NCBI GenBank assembly: GCA_965204735.1
Contig: OZ242008.1
Span: 3,552,001-3,616,000 of the forward strand
From: Longimicrobiales bacterium
GTDB lineage: Bacteria; Gemmatimonadota; Gemmatimonadetes; Longimicrobiales; Gaopeijiaceae
Length of the DNA: 64,000 bases
Reading direction: 5' to 3'
The notes below the pieces were generated by a model. That model was not told where the DNA came from. It did no database searches and saw nothing but the letters and a program-made list of their open reading frames with translations. The translations under genes and the position numbers were made by a program. Shown here one piece after another: positions 50,627-60,021 of this stretch (its first letter is position 1; every line of letters begins with the position of its first letter).

Positions 50627-51520
50627 ATGTTCACCAGCAACCGCCCGCTCAACGGCCCCCGCTGGAGGGGGCGGCTCTACGAGATCTTCTTTGCGCTCTA
50701 CACGGAGCGTCCCGGCCCGGAAGGGGCCGACCGCGCTGCGAGGGCGTTCGACATCGTTCTCATCACCGCGATCCTGGCCAGCGTCGCCGTCGTCATGCTG
50801 GACTCCGTCGAGTCGTTGGCGGAGCGCTACGGGCACCTGCTCCACGGACTGGAATGGTTCTTCACGATCGGCTTCACCCTCGAGTACGTGGCCCGGCTGG
50901 CGGCGGTGCAGTCCAAGCGTCGCTACGCCTTCAGCTTCTTCGGGATCGTCGATCTCCTCTCGATCGTCCCCACGTACTTGAGCGTCCTGCTGCCCGGCAC
51001 CCGGTTCCTGGCCATCGTCCGGATCGTGCGCGTGCTCCGCGTCTTCCGGGTCCTGAAGATGGTCTCCTACGTGGGGGCGTTCCGAACGCTGGGCTGGGCC
51101 CTGTCGGTGAGCCGCCACTACATCGCGGTCTTCTTGATGACCGTGCTCACGCTGGTCGTGATCCTGGGCTCCCTCATCTACCTGATCGAAGGACCGGACT
51201 CGGGCTTCACCTCGATCCCCGTGTCGGTGTACTGGGCCGTGGTCACCCTGACGACCGTGGGCTACGGCGACATCTCGCCCCAGACGGCGCCGGGCCAGCT
51301 GCTGGCAGCCGGGGTGATGCTGCTCGGATACAGCCTGATCGCCATGTCGATCGGCATCGCGGTGCTGAGCCTGGTCGCCCAGCGCGAGCCCAAGCACAGC
51401 CGGGGCCAACCCGAGATCTGGGCCCGGGTCTGCTCGAGCTGCGAGAGCGAGGGCCACGACCCCGACGCCCACTTCTGCAAGCGCTGCGGGGGAATGGTGG
51501 TGGACATCGGACATGAGTAA
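50627..51520 (+). CDS. Voltage-gated-type potassium channel with a C-terminal zinc ribbon
   Basis: S4-like RIVRVLRVFRVLK, filter TTVGYGD, CSSC...FCKRCG. Confidence 0.9.
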   Translation: MFTSNRPLNGPRWRGRLYEIFFALYTERPGPEGADRAARAFDIVLITAILASVAVVMLDSVESLAERYGHLLHGLEWFFTIGFTLEYVARLAAVQSKRRYAFSFFGIVDLLSIVPTYLSVLLPGTRFLAIVRIVRVLRVFRVLKMVSYVGAFRTLGWALSVSRHYIAVFLMTVLTLVVILGSLIYLIEGPDSGFTSIPVSVYWAVVTLTTVGYGDISPQTAPGQLLAAGVMLLGYSLIAMSIGIAVLSLVAQREPKHSRGQPEIWARVCSSCESEGHDPDAHFCKRCGGMVVDIGHE

Positions 51521-52193
51521 GCCGGTCCGAGGCCTGGAAGCGGCCAAGAGCCGAGCGGTGGACCTCCTCGCCGAGAGCTTCGCCCAGGACCAGCTGACGA
51601 TGGAGGACTTCGAGCGCCGGGTCGCTTTGGTGCACCGGGCCGTCTCGATGGGCGAGCTGGAGAGGGCGGTCGCCGATCTTCCCGTCGCCGGCGGTTCGGA
51701 CGCCGCGCCGGCGCCTTCGGCTCACGGACCGCCCAAGCGCCTGCCGCCCGCCCGCGTTCGGGAATCGGACCGGGCGGTCGCCGTCTTCGGCGAGACCAAG
51801 CGGACGGGACGGTGGATGCCCGCTCGGCGCACCCAGGTCGTCTCGGTCTTCGCCTCGGCCTTGATCGACCTGCGCGAGGCCACCCTCGCGCCCGGCGAGT
51901 ACACGCTGACGGCGTGGTCGGTCCTGGGCTCCGTGGAAGTGATCGTGCCGCCGGGCGTCGCGGTGGAGTGCGCGGGCTCTGCGGTCTTGGGCAGCTTCGA
52001 GCAGATCGACCCGGGGCTGCCGGAAGTCCCGCACGGCGCCAGAGGCGCGACGACGATCCGGATGGAGGGGATGGCGGTGCTGGGCAGCGTCGAAGTCGTG
52101 GTTCGCTACCCCGGCGAGACCAAGCGGGAAGCTCGTCGCAGAAGGCGCGTCGAGAAGAAGGCCCGGCGGAAGCTGGCTGCTCCCCGCCGCTAG
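51513..52193 (+). CDS. DUF1707 (SHOCT-like) + LiaF/DUF2154-like domain protein
   Basis: LAESFAQDQLTMEDFERRV..EL...ADLP; AVFG...IDLREA..SVEVIVPPG. Confidence 0.75.
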   Translation: MSKPVRGLEAAKSRAVDLLAESFAQDQLTMEDFERRVALVHRAVSMGELERAVADLPVAGGSDAAPAPSAHGPPKRLPPARVRESDRAVAVFGETKRTGRWMPARRTQVVSVFASALIDLREATLAPGEYTLTAWSVLGSVEVIVPPGVAVECAGSAVLGSFEQIDPGLPEVPHGARGATTIRMEGMAVLGSVEVVVRYPGETKREARRRRRVEKKARRKLAAPRR

Positions 52194-52334
52194 CCCCCGA
52201 GCCGGTCGCGGCGTACTCTGGACTCCGCGGGACCAGGCGGCTGCGGCTCGAATGCCGTGGCCGAGGGACCCGCATCGGGAACGCGGCATCCAACCGCAGT
52301 CCAGGGCACACACTATCGGAAAGCGAGCGACCAG

Positions 52335-52751
52335 ATGGGCGAGACCAACCGCGGCGGCTTCAACGAACCGGTCCTCAACGCTCTGAGGATCGTCGCAGGC
52401 TATCTCTTCCTCCAGCACGGCATCCAGAAGCTCTTCGGCGGCATGGGCGGCAACCAAGTCGAAAGCTTGGCGAGCCTGGCAGGCGTCGCCGGGGTCATGG
52501 AGTTCGCCGGCGGCATCCTGATGATCGTCGGCCTCCTCACGAAGCCCGTGGCGTTCCTTCTCTCGGGCCAGATGGCGGTAGCCTACTTCATGGGCCACGC
52601 GGTGGTGCACGGCTACTGGCTGGCCCCGATCATGAACCGCGGAGAGCTTGCCGCCCTCTACAGCTTCCTTTGGCTGTTCTTCTGCGCCAACGGCCCGGGG
52701 GCGTTCTCGCTGGACGCGTTGCTCCAGCGCAGAAAAGCCGTCGCCGACTAA
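52335..52751 (+). CDS. DoxX family membrane protein
   Basis: LRIVAGYLFLQHGIQKLFG, SGQMAVAYFMGH, NRGELA, GPGAFSLD. Confidence 0.9.
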   Translation: MGETNRGGFNEPVLNALRIVAGYLFLQHGIQKLFGGMGGNQVESLASLAGVAGVMEFAGGILMIVGLLTKPVAFLLSGQMAVAYFMGHAVVHGYWLAPIMNRGELAALYSFLWLFFCANGPGAFSLDALLQRRKAVAD

Positions 52752-52795
52752 GCCGTGGCTCGGGCCGCCGGGGGCCGCTGCGACCCGCCGGCGGC

Positions 52796-53212
52796 TCAGC
52801 AGTGCTGGTCGAGGGCCGCCTTCAGGTCCTCCGCGATCTCCGGCGCCGAGCGGCCTTCGATCTGAAAGCGTTCCATCATGAACACCACGTCTCCGTCCTT
52901 GAGCAGGCCGATCGACGGCGACGACGGCGGGTAGCCCACCAGCTGCTTCCGGGCTTCGGCGGTCGCGGCCACGTCCTGCCCCGCAAAGACGGTGACCTTG
53001 TGGTCCGGCTGCTTGGGCCCCTGGAGGGCCATCGCCACGGCGGGTCGGAAGAGCCCGGCGGCGCATCCGCACACCGAGTTGACCGCCACGAGGACGGTGC
53101 CTTCCATGGCGTCCATCGCCTGCACCACGTCTTCCCCGGTGCGCAGCTCCTGAAAGCCGATCCGGACCAGGTCCTGCCGCATCGGGGCGACCATCATCTC
53201 GGGATAGGGCAT
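52796..53212 (-). CDS. BrxA/BrxB family bacilliredoxin
   Basis: VNSVCGCAAG, TVFAGQD, PPSSPS, RFQIEGR. Confidence 0.92.
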   Translation of the reverse strand: MPYPEMMVAPMRQDLVRIGFQELRTGEDVVQAMDAMEGTVLVAVNSVCGCAAGLFRPAVAMALQGPKQPDHKVTVFAGQDVAATAEARKQLVGYPPSSPSIGLLKDGDVVFMMERFQIEGRSAPEIAEDLKAALDQHC

Positions 53213-53470
53213 CTCGCTTCCTCCGTGGGGTCTCGCGTCCTGTCGGCCAAGCCGCGCCGTCGCGCCGTCGCGCCCGTAAGTCTACTTGGGAAGACCTGTA
53301 GGTTCCAGTGGCTGCGGTGCGGGTTTCCGGCGACGGGCCCGGGGGCTCGGCGCATCGGCGGCGGTGGCTGCTCCGCTCTGCGCGTGTACGGCGACGGGAG
53401 CCAACGCCATAGCAGAGCCGCAGTCTTCCATATGTATATTGGAGCGAGCGTTGCGACTGGAGGCCGCGTC

Positions 53471-53956
53471 ATGGAAAAGCCTGCGCAAATGAAGGTCGTT
53501 CGCCTGCGGGTGAACGGGGACCAGCGAGCGTGCGGCGTCCCCGCCCACTACACGCTGCTGGAGACCCTGCGCTACGGGCTGGGCTTGACCGGCGCCAAGC
53601 AGGGGTGCGACAAGGGCGACTGCGGCGCGTGCACGGTGATTCTGGACGGGGCCGCGGTCTTGTCGTGCCTGACGCCGGTGTGGGAGGCCGAGGGACGGGA
53701 GCTGCGCACGGTCGAGGGACTGGCTCGGGGGCCGGAGCCCCACCCGGTGCAGGACGAGTTCGACTTGGCGGGCGCGGCCCAGTGCGGCTTCTGCACGCCG
53801 GGGATACTGTGCAGCTCGGTGGCGCTGCTGGAGCGGAACCCGTCCCCCTCTCGTCAGGAGGTGCGCGAGGCGCTGGCGGGCAACCTCTGCCGCTGCACCG
53901 GGTACGAGAAGATCTACGACGCCGTGGAGGCCGCTGCCCGAAGGACGGCGGGATGA
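53471..53956 (+). CDS. 2x[2Fe-2S] subunit of a xanthine-oxidase-family enzyme (HcrC-like)
   Basis: KQGCDKGDCGACTV, QCGFCTPG, GNLCRCTGY. Confidence 0.92.
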   Translation: MEKPAQMKVVRLRVNGDQRACGVPAHYTLLETLRYGLGLTGAKQGCDKGDCGACTVILDGAAVLSCLTPVWEAEGRELRTVEGLARGPEPHPVQDEFDLAGAAQCGFCTPGILCSSVALLERNPSPSRQEVREALAGNLCRCTGYEKIYDAVEAAARRTAG

Positions 53957-56472
53957 TCCGGCCCGCAGATGCTGGCGCACACGCTGGGAGTACGACCGCC
54001 GGGGTCCCCCAACGGCCTCCCGAGCCGGGCGATCGCCGCTCGCCGGACGACTTGGCTTCGCGGGACAACCTGCCCCCGCCTGGCGACCTGCTCCCGCCGG
54101 ACGATCTGCCCCCGCCGGGCGAGGGCCTCTCCGTGGTCGGGCGGCGGATGCGGAAGGTGGACGGCTTGGCCAAGGCCGCCGGCCGGGCCCGGTACGCCGA
54201 CGACATCGCGCTTCCGGGGATGCTTCACGGGAAGATCCTCCGCAGCCCGCATCCCCATGCCCGCATCGTGGCGGTCGACTCCTCCAGGGCCGAAGCCCTC
54301 GAAGGCGTCCACGCCGTCGTGACCGGCCGCGACATGCCCACGACCTACGGGATCATCCCCTGGACGCCCGACGAACACCCCCTTTGCGTGGACCAGGTCC
54401 GCTACGTGGGCGACGGCGTGGCCGCCGTGGCCGCCGTCGACGAGGACACGGCCAACGCCGCGCTGGCGCTGATCGAAGTCGAATACGAGGAGCTTCCCGC
54501 GTATCTCGACCCCCACGAGGCGATCGCCGCCAAGGACGGCCCCTTCATCCACGAGCCGCGCAAGGAAGGGTGGAACGGGAACGTCACCAAGGTCGTGAAG
54601 CTGGCGTTCGGCGACGTGGCCGCCGGGATGGACGAGGCGGCGGAAGCGGGCGGCGTGGTCGTGGAGGGCGACTACTTCTTCGAAGGCACCACCCACACGC
54701 CGATCGAGCCCCACTGCGCCATCGGCTTGGCCGAGCCTTCGGGCAAGGTGACGGTGTGGTCCGCGACCCAGGTGCCCCACTACCTGCACCGGGAGCTGGC
54801 CCGGGTGCTGGAGCTGGACCCGGCGACGGTGCGGGTCGTGCAGCCGCCCGTCGGCGGCGCCTTCGGCGGCAAGTCCGAGCCCTTCGACCTGGAGTTCTGC
54901 GTCGCCAAGCTCTCCATGATCACCGGTCGCCCGGTGAAGATCCTCTACACACGGGAAGAGGTCTTCTACTCCCACCGGGGCCGCCACCCCTTCCACATGC
55001 GCTACCGCACCGGCGCCCGGGCCGACGGGACGCTCGCCGCAGTGGACGCCGAGATCGTCATGGACGGGGGCGCCTACGCCTCCTTCGGCCTGGTCACGAC
55101 CTACTACTCGGGCCAGCTCCTCACCGCGCCTTACCAGATGCCGGCGTACCGCTTCCACTCCACCCGCGCCTACACCAACAAGCCGGCGTGCGGTCCCAAG
55201 CGGGGTCACGGCTCGGTGCAGCCCCGCTTCGCCTTCGAGGTGCAGCTGGATCGGATCGCCGAAGCGCTGGAGATCGACCCCATCGAGCTGCGGCGGCGCA
55301 ACGCCCTGGGCGCGGGCACGCGAACGGTCAACGATCTCCGCGTCACGTCAAACGGGTTCCTGGAGTGCCTGGCAATGGTCGAAGAGGCCAGCGACTGGCG
55401 GCGCAAGTTCCGCAGGCTTCCCTATGGTCGCGGCGTGGGAACGGCGGGCTCCACCTACATCTCCGGCACCAACTACCCCGTCTACCCCAACGAGATGCCC
55501 CACTCCGCCGTTCAGCTCCAGGTGGACCGCTCGGGGCGGGTGGCCGTCTTCTCGGGGGCGTCGGAGATCGGGCAGGGCGTCGATTCCATGGTGGCGTACG
55601 TGGTCGCCGAGGAGCTGGGCGTGCCGCTGGATCACGTGCGCGTGTACGCCGGCGACACGGACTTCACGCCGGTGGACCTGGGCGCCTACTCGTCGCGGGT
55701 CACGTTCATGCTGGGCAACGCCTGCATCGACGCGGCGCGCCGGGTCAAGCGGCAAGTCCAGGCAGCGGTGGCTAAGGAGTGGGACGCGAAGCCGGGCGAG
55801 GTCTTGCTGGCCGGGGGGCTGGCGGTGCGCTCGGGCGACACGGGGACCCAGATGCCCCTCCGGGAGGCGTTCAACTTGGCCGAAGCGGCCTTCGGGGCCT
55901 TGGGAGCCACGGGGTCATACAACACGCCGAAGGACGTCCACGGGAGCTACCGGGGCGCCACAATAGGCGCATCTCCCGCCTACTCCTTCACCGCCCACGT
56001 GGCCGAGGTGGAGGTGGACCCGGAGACCGGCTTCGTGGACGTGTCGAAGATATGGATCGCTCACGACTGCGGACGGGCGCTCAACCCGGTCCTGGTGGAG
56101 GGCCAGATGGAGGGTTCCGCGTACATGGGCTTTGCCGAGGCGATCATGGAGGAACAGGTCTTCAAGACGGCGGAGCAGGGGCGGGCCGGGCTCCACAACG
56201 CGCCGTCGCTGCTGGACTACCGCATTCCCACCAGCCTGGACACGCCGGCGCTGCGCTCCCTGATCGTGGAGTCGATCGACCCCGAGGGACCCTACGGCGC
56301 CAAGGAGGCCGGCGAGGGGCCGCTCCACCCGTCGATTCCAGCCATTGCCAACGCCATCTACGACGCCGTGGGCGTGCGGATGAACGCGCTCCCGTTCTCG
56401 CCGCCCCGGGTGTGGCGGGCGTTGCAGGCGAAGGCCCTTGACGGCGCGGCTGGCCCGGAGGCGGGCCGGTGA
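53953..56472 (+). CDS. Molybdopterin subunit of a xanthine-oxidase-family enzyme (HcrA-like)
   Basis: RSPHPHARI, VGGAFGGK, RGHG, SEIGQG, NPVLVEGQMEG, GPYGAKEAGEG. Confidence 0.9.
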   Translation: MIRPADAGAHAGSTTAGVPQRPPEPGDRRSPDDLASRDNLPPPGDLLPPDDLPPPGEGLSVVGRRMRKVDGLAKAAGRARYADDIALPGMLHGKILRSPHPHARIVAVDSSRAEALEGVHAVVTGRDMPTTYGIIPWTPDEHPLCVDQVRYVGDGVAAVAAVDEDTANAALALIEVEYEELPAYLDPHEAIAAKDGPFIHEPRKEGWNGNVTKVVKLAFGDVAAGMDEAAEAGGVVVEGDYFFEGTTHTPIEPHCAIGLAEPSGKVTVWSATQVPHYLHRELARVLELDPATVRVVQPPVGGAFGGKSEPFDLEFCVAKLSMITGRPVKILYTREEVFYSHRGRHPFHMRYRTGARADGTLAAVDAEIVMDGGAYASFGLVTTYYSGQLLTAPYQMPAYRFHSTRAYTNKPACGPKRGHGSVQPRFAFEVQLDRIAEALEIDPIELRRRNALGAGTRTVNDLRVTSNGFLECLAMVEEASDWRRKFRRLPYGRGVGTAGSTYISGTNYPVYPNEMPHSAVQLQVDRSGRVAVFSGASEIGQGVDSMVAYVVAEELGVPLDHVRVYAGDTDFTPVDLGAYSSRVTFMLGNACIDAARRVKRQVQAAVAKEWDAKPGEVLLAGGLAVRSGDTGTQMPLREAFNLAEAAFGALGATGSYNTPKDVHGSYRGATIGASPAYSFTAHVAEVEVDPETGFVDVSKIWIAHDCGRALNPVLVEGQMEGSAYMGFAEAIMEEQVFKTAEQGRAGLHNAPSLLDYRIPTSLDTPALRSLIVESIDPEGPYGAKEAGEGPLHPSIPAIANAIYDAVGVRMNALPFSPPRVWRALQAKALDGAAGPEAGR

Positions 56473-57449
56473 GGGCGCCGTGGGCAGCCCGCTTTTCGTT
56501 GGTCTTCGCGTGGGCAAGCTGGCCGGCCGGAGCTCTCGCACAGGACGCGACGCCGCGCCCCGCCGGCGGGACGGCGCGGGACTGGGAGATCGCCCGAGAG
56601 CAAGTCGCCTGGGCGCTGGAGCAGGGGCTGGACGCGACGCCGGAGTTCGGCGAGGTGGTGGCGGCGGTCGGCCAGCGCTTCCTGGGCGCGGACTACGAGC
56701 CGGGCACGCTGGAGCTTCCGGGTCCCGAGCGGTTGGTGGTCAACTTGGAGACCCTGGACTGCGTGACGTTCGTGGAGAACGTGCTGGCGCTTGCGCGGCT
56801 GGTGCGCGCCGCCCCGCGAAAGGTCGTGGGCGACGTGGAGCGCTTCCGGGCGGCGTACCGCGAGGAACTGACCCGCATCCGCTACCGAGGCGGCACGCTC
56901 GACGGCTACGCCAGCCGGCTCCACTACTTCAGCGAGTGGATCGCCGACGCCGAGGCCAAGGGGCTGGCCACGAACGTCTCGCAGGCGCTGGGCGGGACGG
57001 CGGACGAATCCCCCATCGACTTCATGTCCACCCACCCGGACGCCTACCCGCAGCTCGCCGATCCGGCGGCGCTGGCTCGGATCGCCGTCGTCGAGGCGCG
57101 GCTGTCCCGGGTTGCGCGCTTCTACCTCCCGGCCGACCAGATCGAGGCGAAGGCCGACATGATCCGCACCGGCGACGTGGTTGCCGCCACCAGCACGGTT
57201 CCGGGGCTGGATGTGGCCCACACGGGGATCGCGGTGTGGCTGGACGGCGCCCTGCGGCTCCTGCACGCGCCCCTGGTGGGGTCCCACGTCCAGCTGTCCG
57301 ACGAGACCATTGCGGAGCGCATCCGGCGGATCGGCGGCCAAGACGGCATCATGGTGGCGCGGCCCGTGGACCCGGCGGCGGTCGGCCGCCCGCTGGGCGA
57401 GCCCGGGGGTCTCGGCTCGGTCGGCGCCCGCTCCGGCAACGACGGCTGA
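56469..57449 (+). CDS. DUF1460 NlpC/P60-like N-acetylmuramoyl-L-alanine amidase
   Basis: Signal peptide; ERLVVNLETLDCVTFVE, RYRGG...RLHYFSEW, GLDVAHTG, HA, GIMVARP. Confidence 0.85.
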   Translation: MRAPWAARFSLVFAWASWPAGALAQDATPRPAGGTARDWEIAREQVAWALEQGLDATPEFGEVVAAVGQRFLGADYEPGTLELPGPERLVVNLETLDCVTFVENVLALARLVRAAPRKVVGDVERFRAAYREELTRIRYRGGTLDGYASRLHYFSEWIADAEAKGLATNVSQALGGTADESPIDFMSTHPDAYPQLADPAALARIAVVEARLSRVARFYLPADQIEAKADMIRTGDVVAATSTVPGLDVAHTGIAVWLDGALRLLHAPLVGSHVQLSDETIAERIRRIGGQDGIMVARPVDPAAVGRPLGEPGGLGSVGARSGNDG

Positions 57450-57451
57450 CC

Positions 57452-58465
57452 ATGCTGCGCCTGCACCCCTTCCGCTACCACCGCCCGGCCACCGTGGACG
57501 AAGCGGTCGCACTGCTGGACGAGCACGGCCCCGACGCCATGCCCATCGCCGGCGGCACCGACCTGATGCCCAACATGAAGCACCGGCTCTTCACGCCGGG
57601 TCACGTCGTGTCGCTGAACGGAATCGCCTCCATGCGCGGGATCGGCTTCGTGGACGGGGGCTCCGGCTCCAGTCGTTGGCTTCGGATCGGCGCCTTGGAG
57701 ACGCTGGCGACGCTCTCGCGCGACCCCGTCGTCCGTCGCCGCTTCCCCGGCTTGGCCGACGCGGCCGGGCTCGTCGCAGGACCCCAGCTCCGCAACATGG
57801 GCACGATCGGCGGCAACGTCTGCCTGGACACGCGCTGCACCTACTACAACCAGACCGAGTTCTGGCGCCGGGCGCTGGGCTATTGCCTGAAGAAGGACGG
57901 CGACACGTGCCACGTCACCAAGGTCGGCAAGAAGTGCGTGGCGGCTCACTCGGCGGACACGCCCCCGAACCTGATTGCGCTGGGCGCCAAGCTGGTCCTG
58001 GTCGGCCCCGAAGGCGCCCGGCGGATCGACGCGGCCGACTTCTTCTTGTCCGACGGCATCTGGAACACCCGTCGCGCGCCCAACGAAGTGCTGGTTGAAG
58101 TTCTCGTGCCCGTTCCGCCCGAGTCGGGCCCGTCGCGCCGAAGCGCCTACCGGAAGCTGCGGCAGCGCAAGTCGATCGACTTTCCGCTGCTGTCGGTGGC
58201 GGTCGTGGGCGACTTCGACGAAAGCGGGGCGGTAGCGCGTATCGCAGGCGTGGTGTCGGCGCTGGGCGCCCGGCCCCGGATGCTGTCGGGCTGGACCGAG
58301 CTGGCCGCGGGCCGGCGTCTGGACGCCCGCCTGGTGGCGCGTCTTGCGGAGCGGGCGTGGGAGCAGTGCCGTCCCTTGGAGAACACGATCGTGGAGGCTG
58401 AATGGCGACGGGCGATGGTGCGGGTCTACGTGAAGCGGGCGCTGGAGGGAGTGGCGGAAGGGTGA
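57452..58465 (+). CDS. FAD subunit with a [4Fe-4S] insert (HcrB-like)
   Basis: IAGGTDLMPNMK, QLRNMGTIGGN, C-x15-C-x7-C-x8-C insert, KLRQRKSIDFP. Confidence 0.88.
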   Translation: MLRLHPFRYHRPATVDEAVALLDEHGPDAMPIAGGTDLMPNMKHRLFTPGHVVSLNGIASMRGIGFVDGGSGSSRWLRIGALETLATLSRDPVVRRRFPGLADAAGLVAGPQLRNMGTIGGNVCLDTRCTYYNQTEFWRRALGYCLKKDGDTCHVTKVGKKCVAAHSADTPPNLIALGAKLVLVGPEGARRIDAADFFLSDGIWNTRRAPNEVLVEVLVPVPPESGPSRRSAYRKLRQRKSIDFPLLSVAVVGDFDESGAVARIAGVVSALGARPRMLSGWTELAAGRRLDARLVARLAERAWEQCRPLENTIVEAEWRRAMVRVYVKRALEGVAEG

Positions 58466-58992
58466 CCGGACGGCGATCCGAGCGGAGTCGGCCGCTCTAC
58501 AGCGAGCGCACCTGGGCGCCGCCGTGGTTCTGGGTTCTGATCTCGGGCGCCTGCCTGCTGGGAGCGGGCTTGGCGCTGCACGAGCTCTACGCCGACTCCG
58601 CCGGTCGGGGCGCGTCCAGAGCCGGCGAGCAGGCGTCCGTCGGCGCGCTCGCCCTCGTCTCCGGCTTTCTGCTTCTCTTCCCCACTCTCCTGACGCTGGC
58701 TTCGTCCTGCTTGGACGTGGAGCTCCGAAGCGATCACATCTTCGTGGCGTTCGGTCCGCTCCACCTGATCCGAAAGCGGATCCCGTACGCCACCGTCGAA
58801 GCCGTAGAGGCGGTGACGTACCGCCCCATCGTGGAGTTCGGCGGCTGGGGGCTGCGAATCCGCCGGGGCAAGACGGCGTGGACGATCCGGGGCAACCAAG
58901 CCGCCCGGGTCACCTTGTCCAGCGGCAGGCGGATCTACGTGGGCTCGCGCTTCCCCCAGCGGTTGGTGGAGAGGGTGCGTCGGCAGTTGTAG
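58462..58992 (+). CDS. Membrane protein with a PH-like C-terminal domain
   Basis: LYSERTWAPPW, two TM helices, YRPIVEFGGWGLR, IYVGSRFPQRL. Confidence 0.7.
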   Translation: MTGRRSERSRPLYSERTWAPPWFWVLISGACLLGAGLALHELYADSAGRGASRAGEQASVGALALVSGFLLLFPTLLTLASSCLDVELRSDHIFVAFGPLHLIRKRIPYATVEAVEAVTYRPIVEFGGWGLRIRRGKTAWTIRGNQAARVTLSSGRRIYVGSRFPQRLVERVRRQL

Positions 58993-59031
58993 GGGGAAAC
59001 GCAGACGACCCGCCCGAGAGGAGACGATTGA

Positions 59032-60006
59032 ATGTGGAAGAAGGCCTTGGCTGGCAGTTTCTTGTGCGTGGAGTTGTCCAGCCCGTCAGTGGCAAGTGGC
59101 CAAGATCTTGGGCGTGCCGACACGGCCGGCACAACGGTCGTCAGCGACTTCGGACCCTTTCCGTCATGGGTTGTGGACGAGGATCGCAAAGCAGTAATCG
59201 GCGCCGAAGGCATTGGAGCCGACGAATCCGAGCAGTTCTTCTCACACGTGACTTCGGTTGTCATGCTTGATGGGGATCGCGTGGCGGTGGCCGACGGAGC
59301 GGCCCGCGAAGTCAGGCTCTTTGCGCCAAGCGGAGTGCTCGAAGCATCAAGTCCGGGCATGGGCGAAGGCCCAGGCGAGTTTCTCGGGCTCGACTGGTTG
59401 GCCGAGTGCCGAGAGGGGCAACTGGATGCGTACGATCCGGCTCTCGGCCGGGTAACGACGTTTTCGTCGGTTGACCTCACGGTCCTTGACACGCGAGAGC
59501 TGCGCTCAAGCGTCGACGGCGGTCCCCCTTCCGCCGTTCGTTGCTTTCAAGGAGGATGGGTTGGTGGAACACAGCACTTGCAAGTTCCACCGTCGTCGCC
59601 GGGTCCGGTGCAATGGCCGGTCAGCGTGGAGTTGTTCGGCAGTGACTATCGGACGTCTCTTGTGGCGACAATGCCAGGGGACGAACGCTACTTTGACGGC
59701 AAGAACATTGGGCCGTTGGCTTTTGGAAGCAAGTCCGTATTCGCCGCAAGCACGCGAAACATCGTCATTGGAACGCAGAGCAAGCCCGAGGTGGCGATCT
59801 ACGAACCCACGGGCGACTTGTCGCGCTTGGTGCGGTGGGATGCTTCAGAGTTGCCAGTTACCGGCCAGGACGTCGAGGTGCTTGCGGACCAGTCTCGCGC
59901 CCGAACGGACCAGGAGCGTGCTGCACTTCGGAGGAGCTTCGTGGATTACACAACTTCGTTGTCTGTAGAGCTTGTTTGGATCTTGAGGGTCCCGGCGTTG
60001 CCCTGA
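59032..60006 (+). pseudogene. 6-bladed beta-propeller-like protein, probably truncated or degenerate
   Basis: DRVAVADG..EVRLF.PSG, G.GEGPGEF motif; lower GC; C-terminus ends abruptly against the convergent thiolase. Confidence 0.5.
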
Positions 60007-60021
60007 CGAAGCTCGGTGGTC

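Noticed and set aside
53953..56472. Selenium-dependent molybdenum hydroxylase linked to selD
   Set aside because: No yqeB/yqeC-like genes are visible and selD is more than 50 kb away; Sec usage already explains selD.
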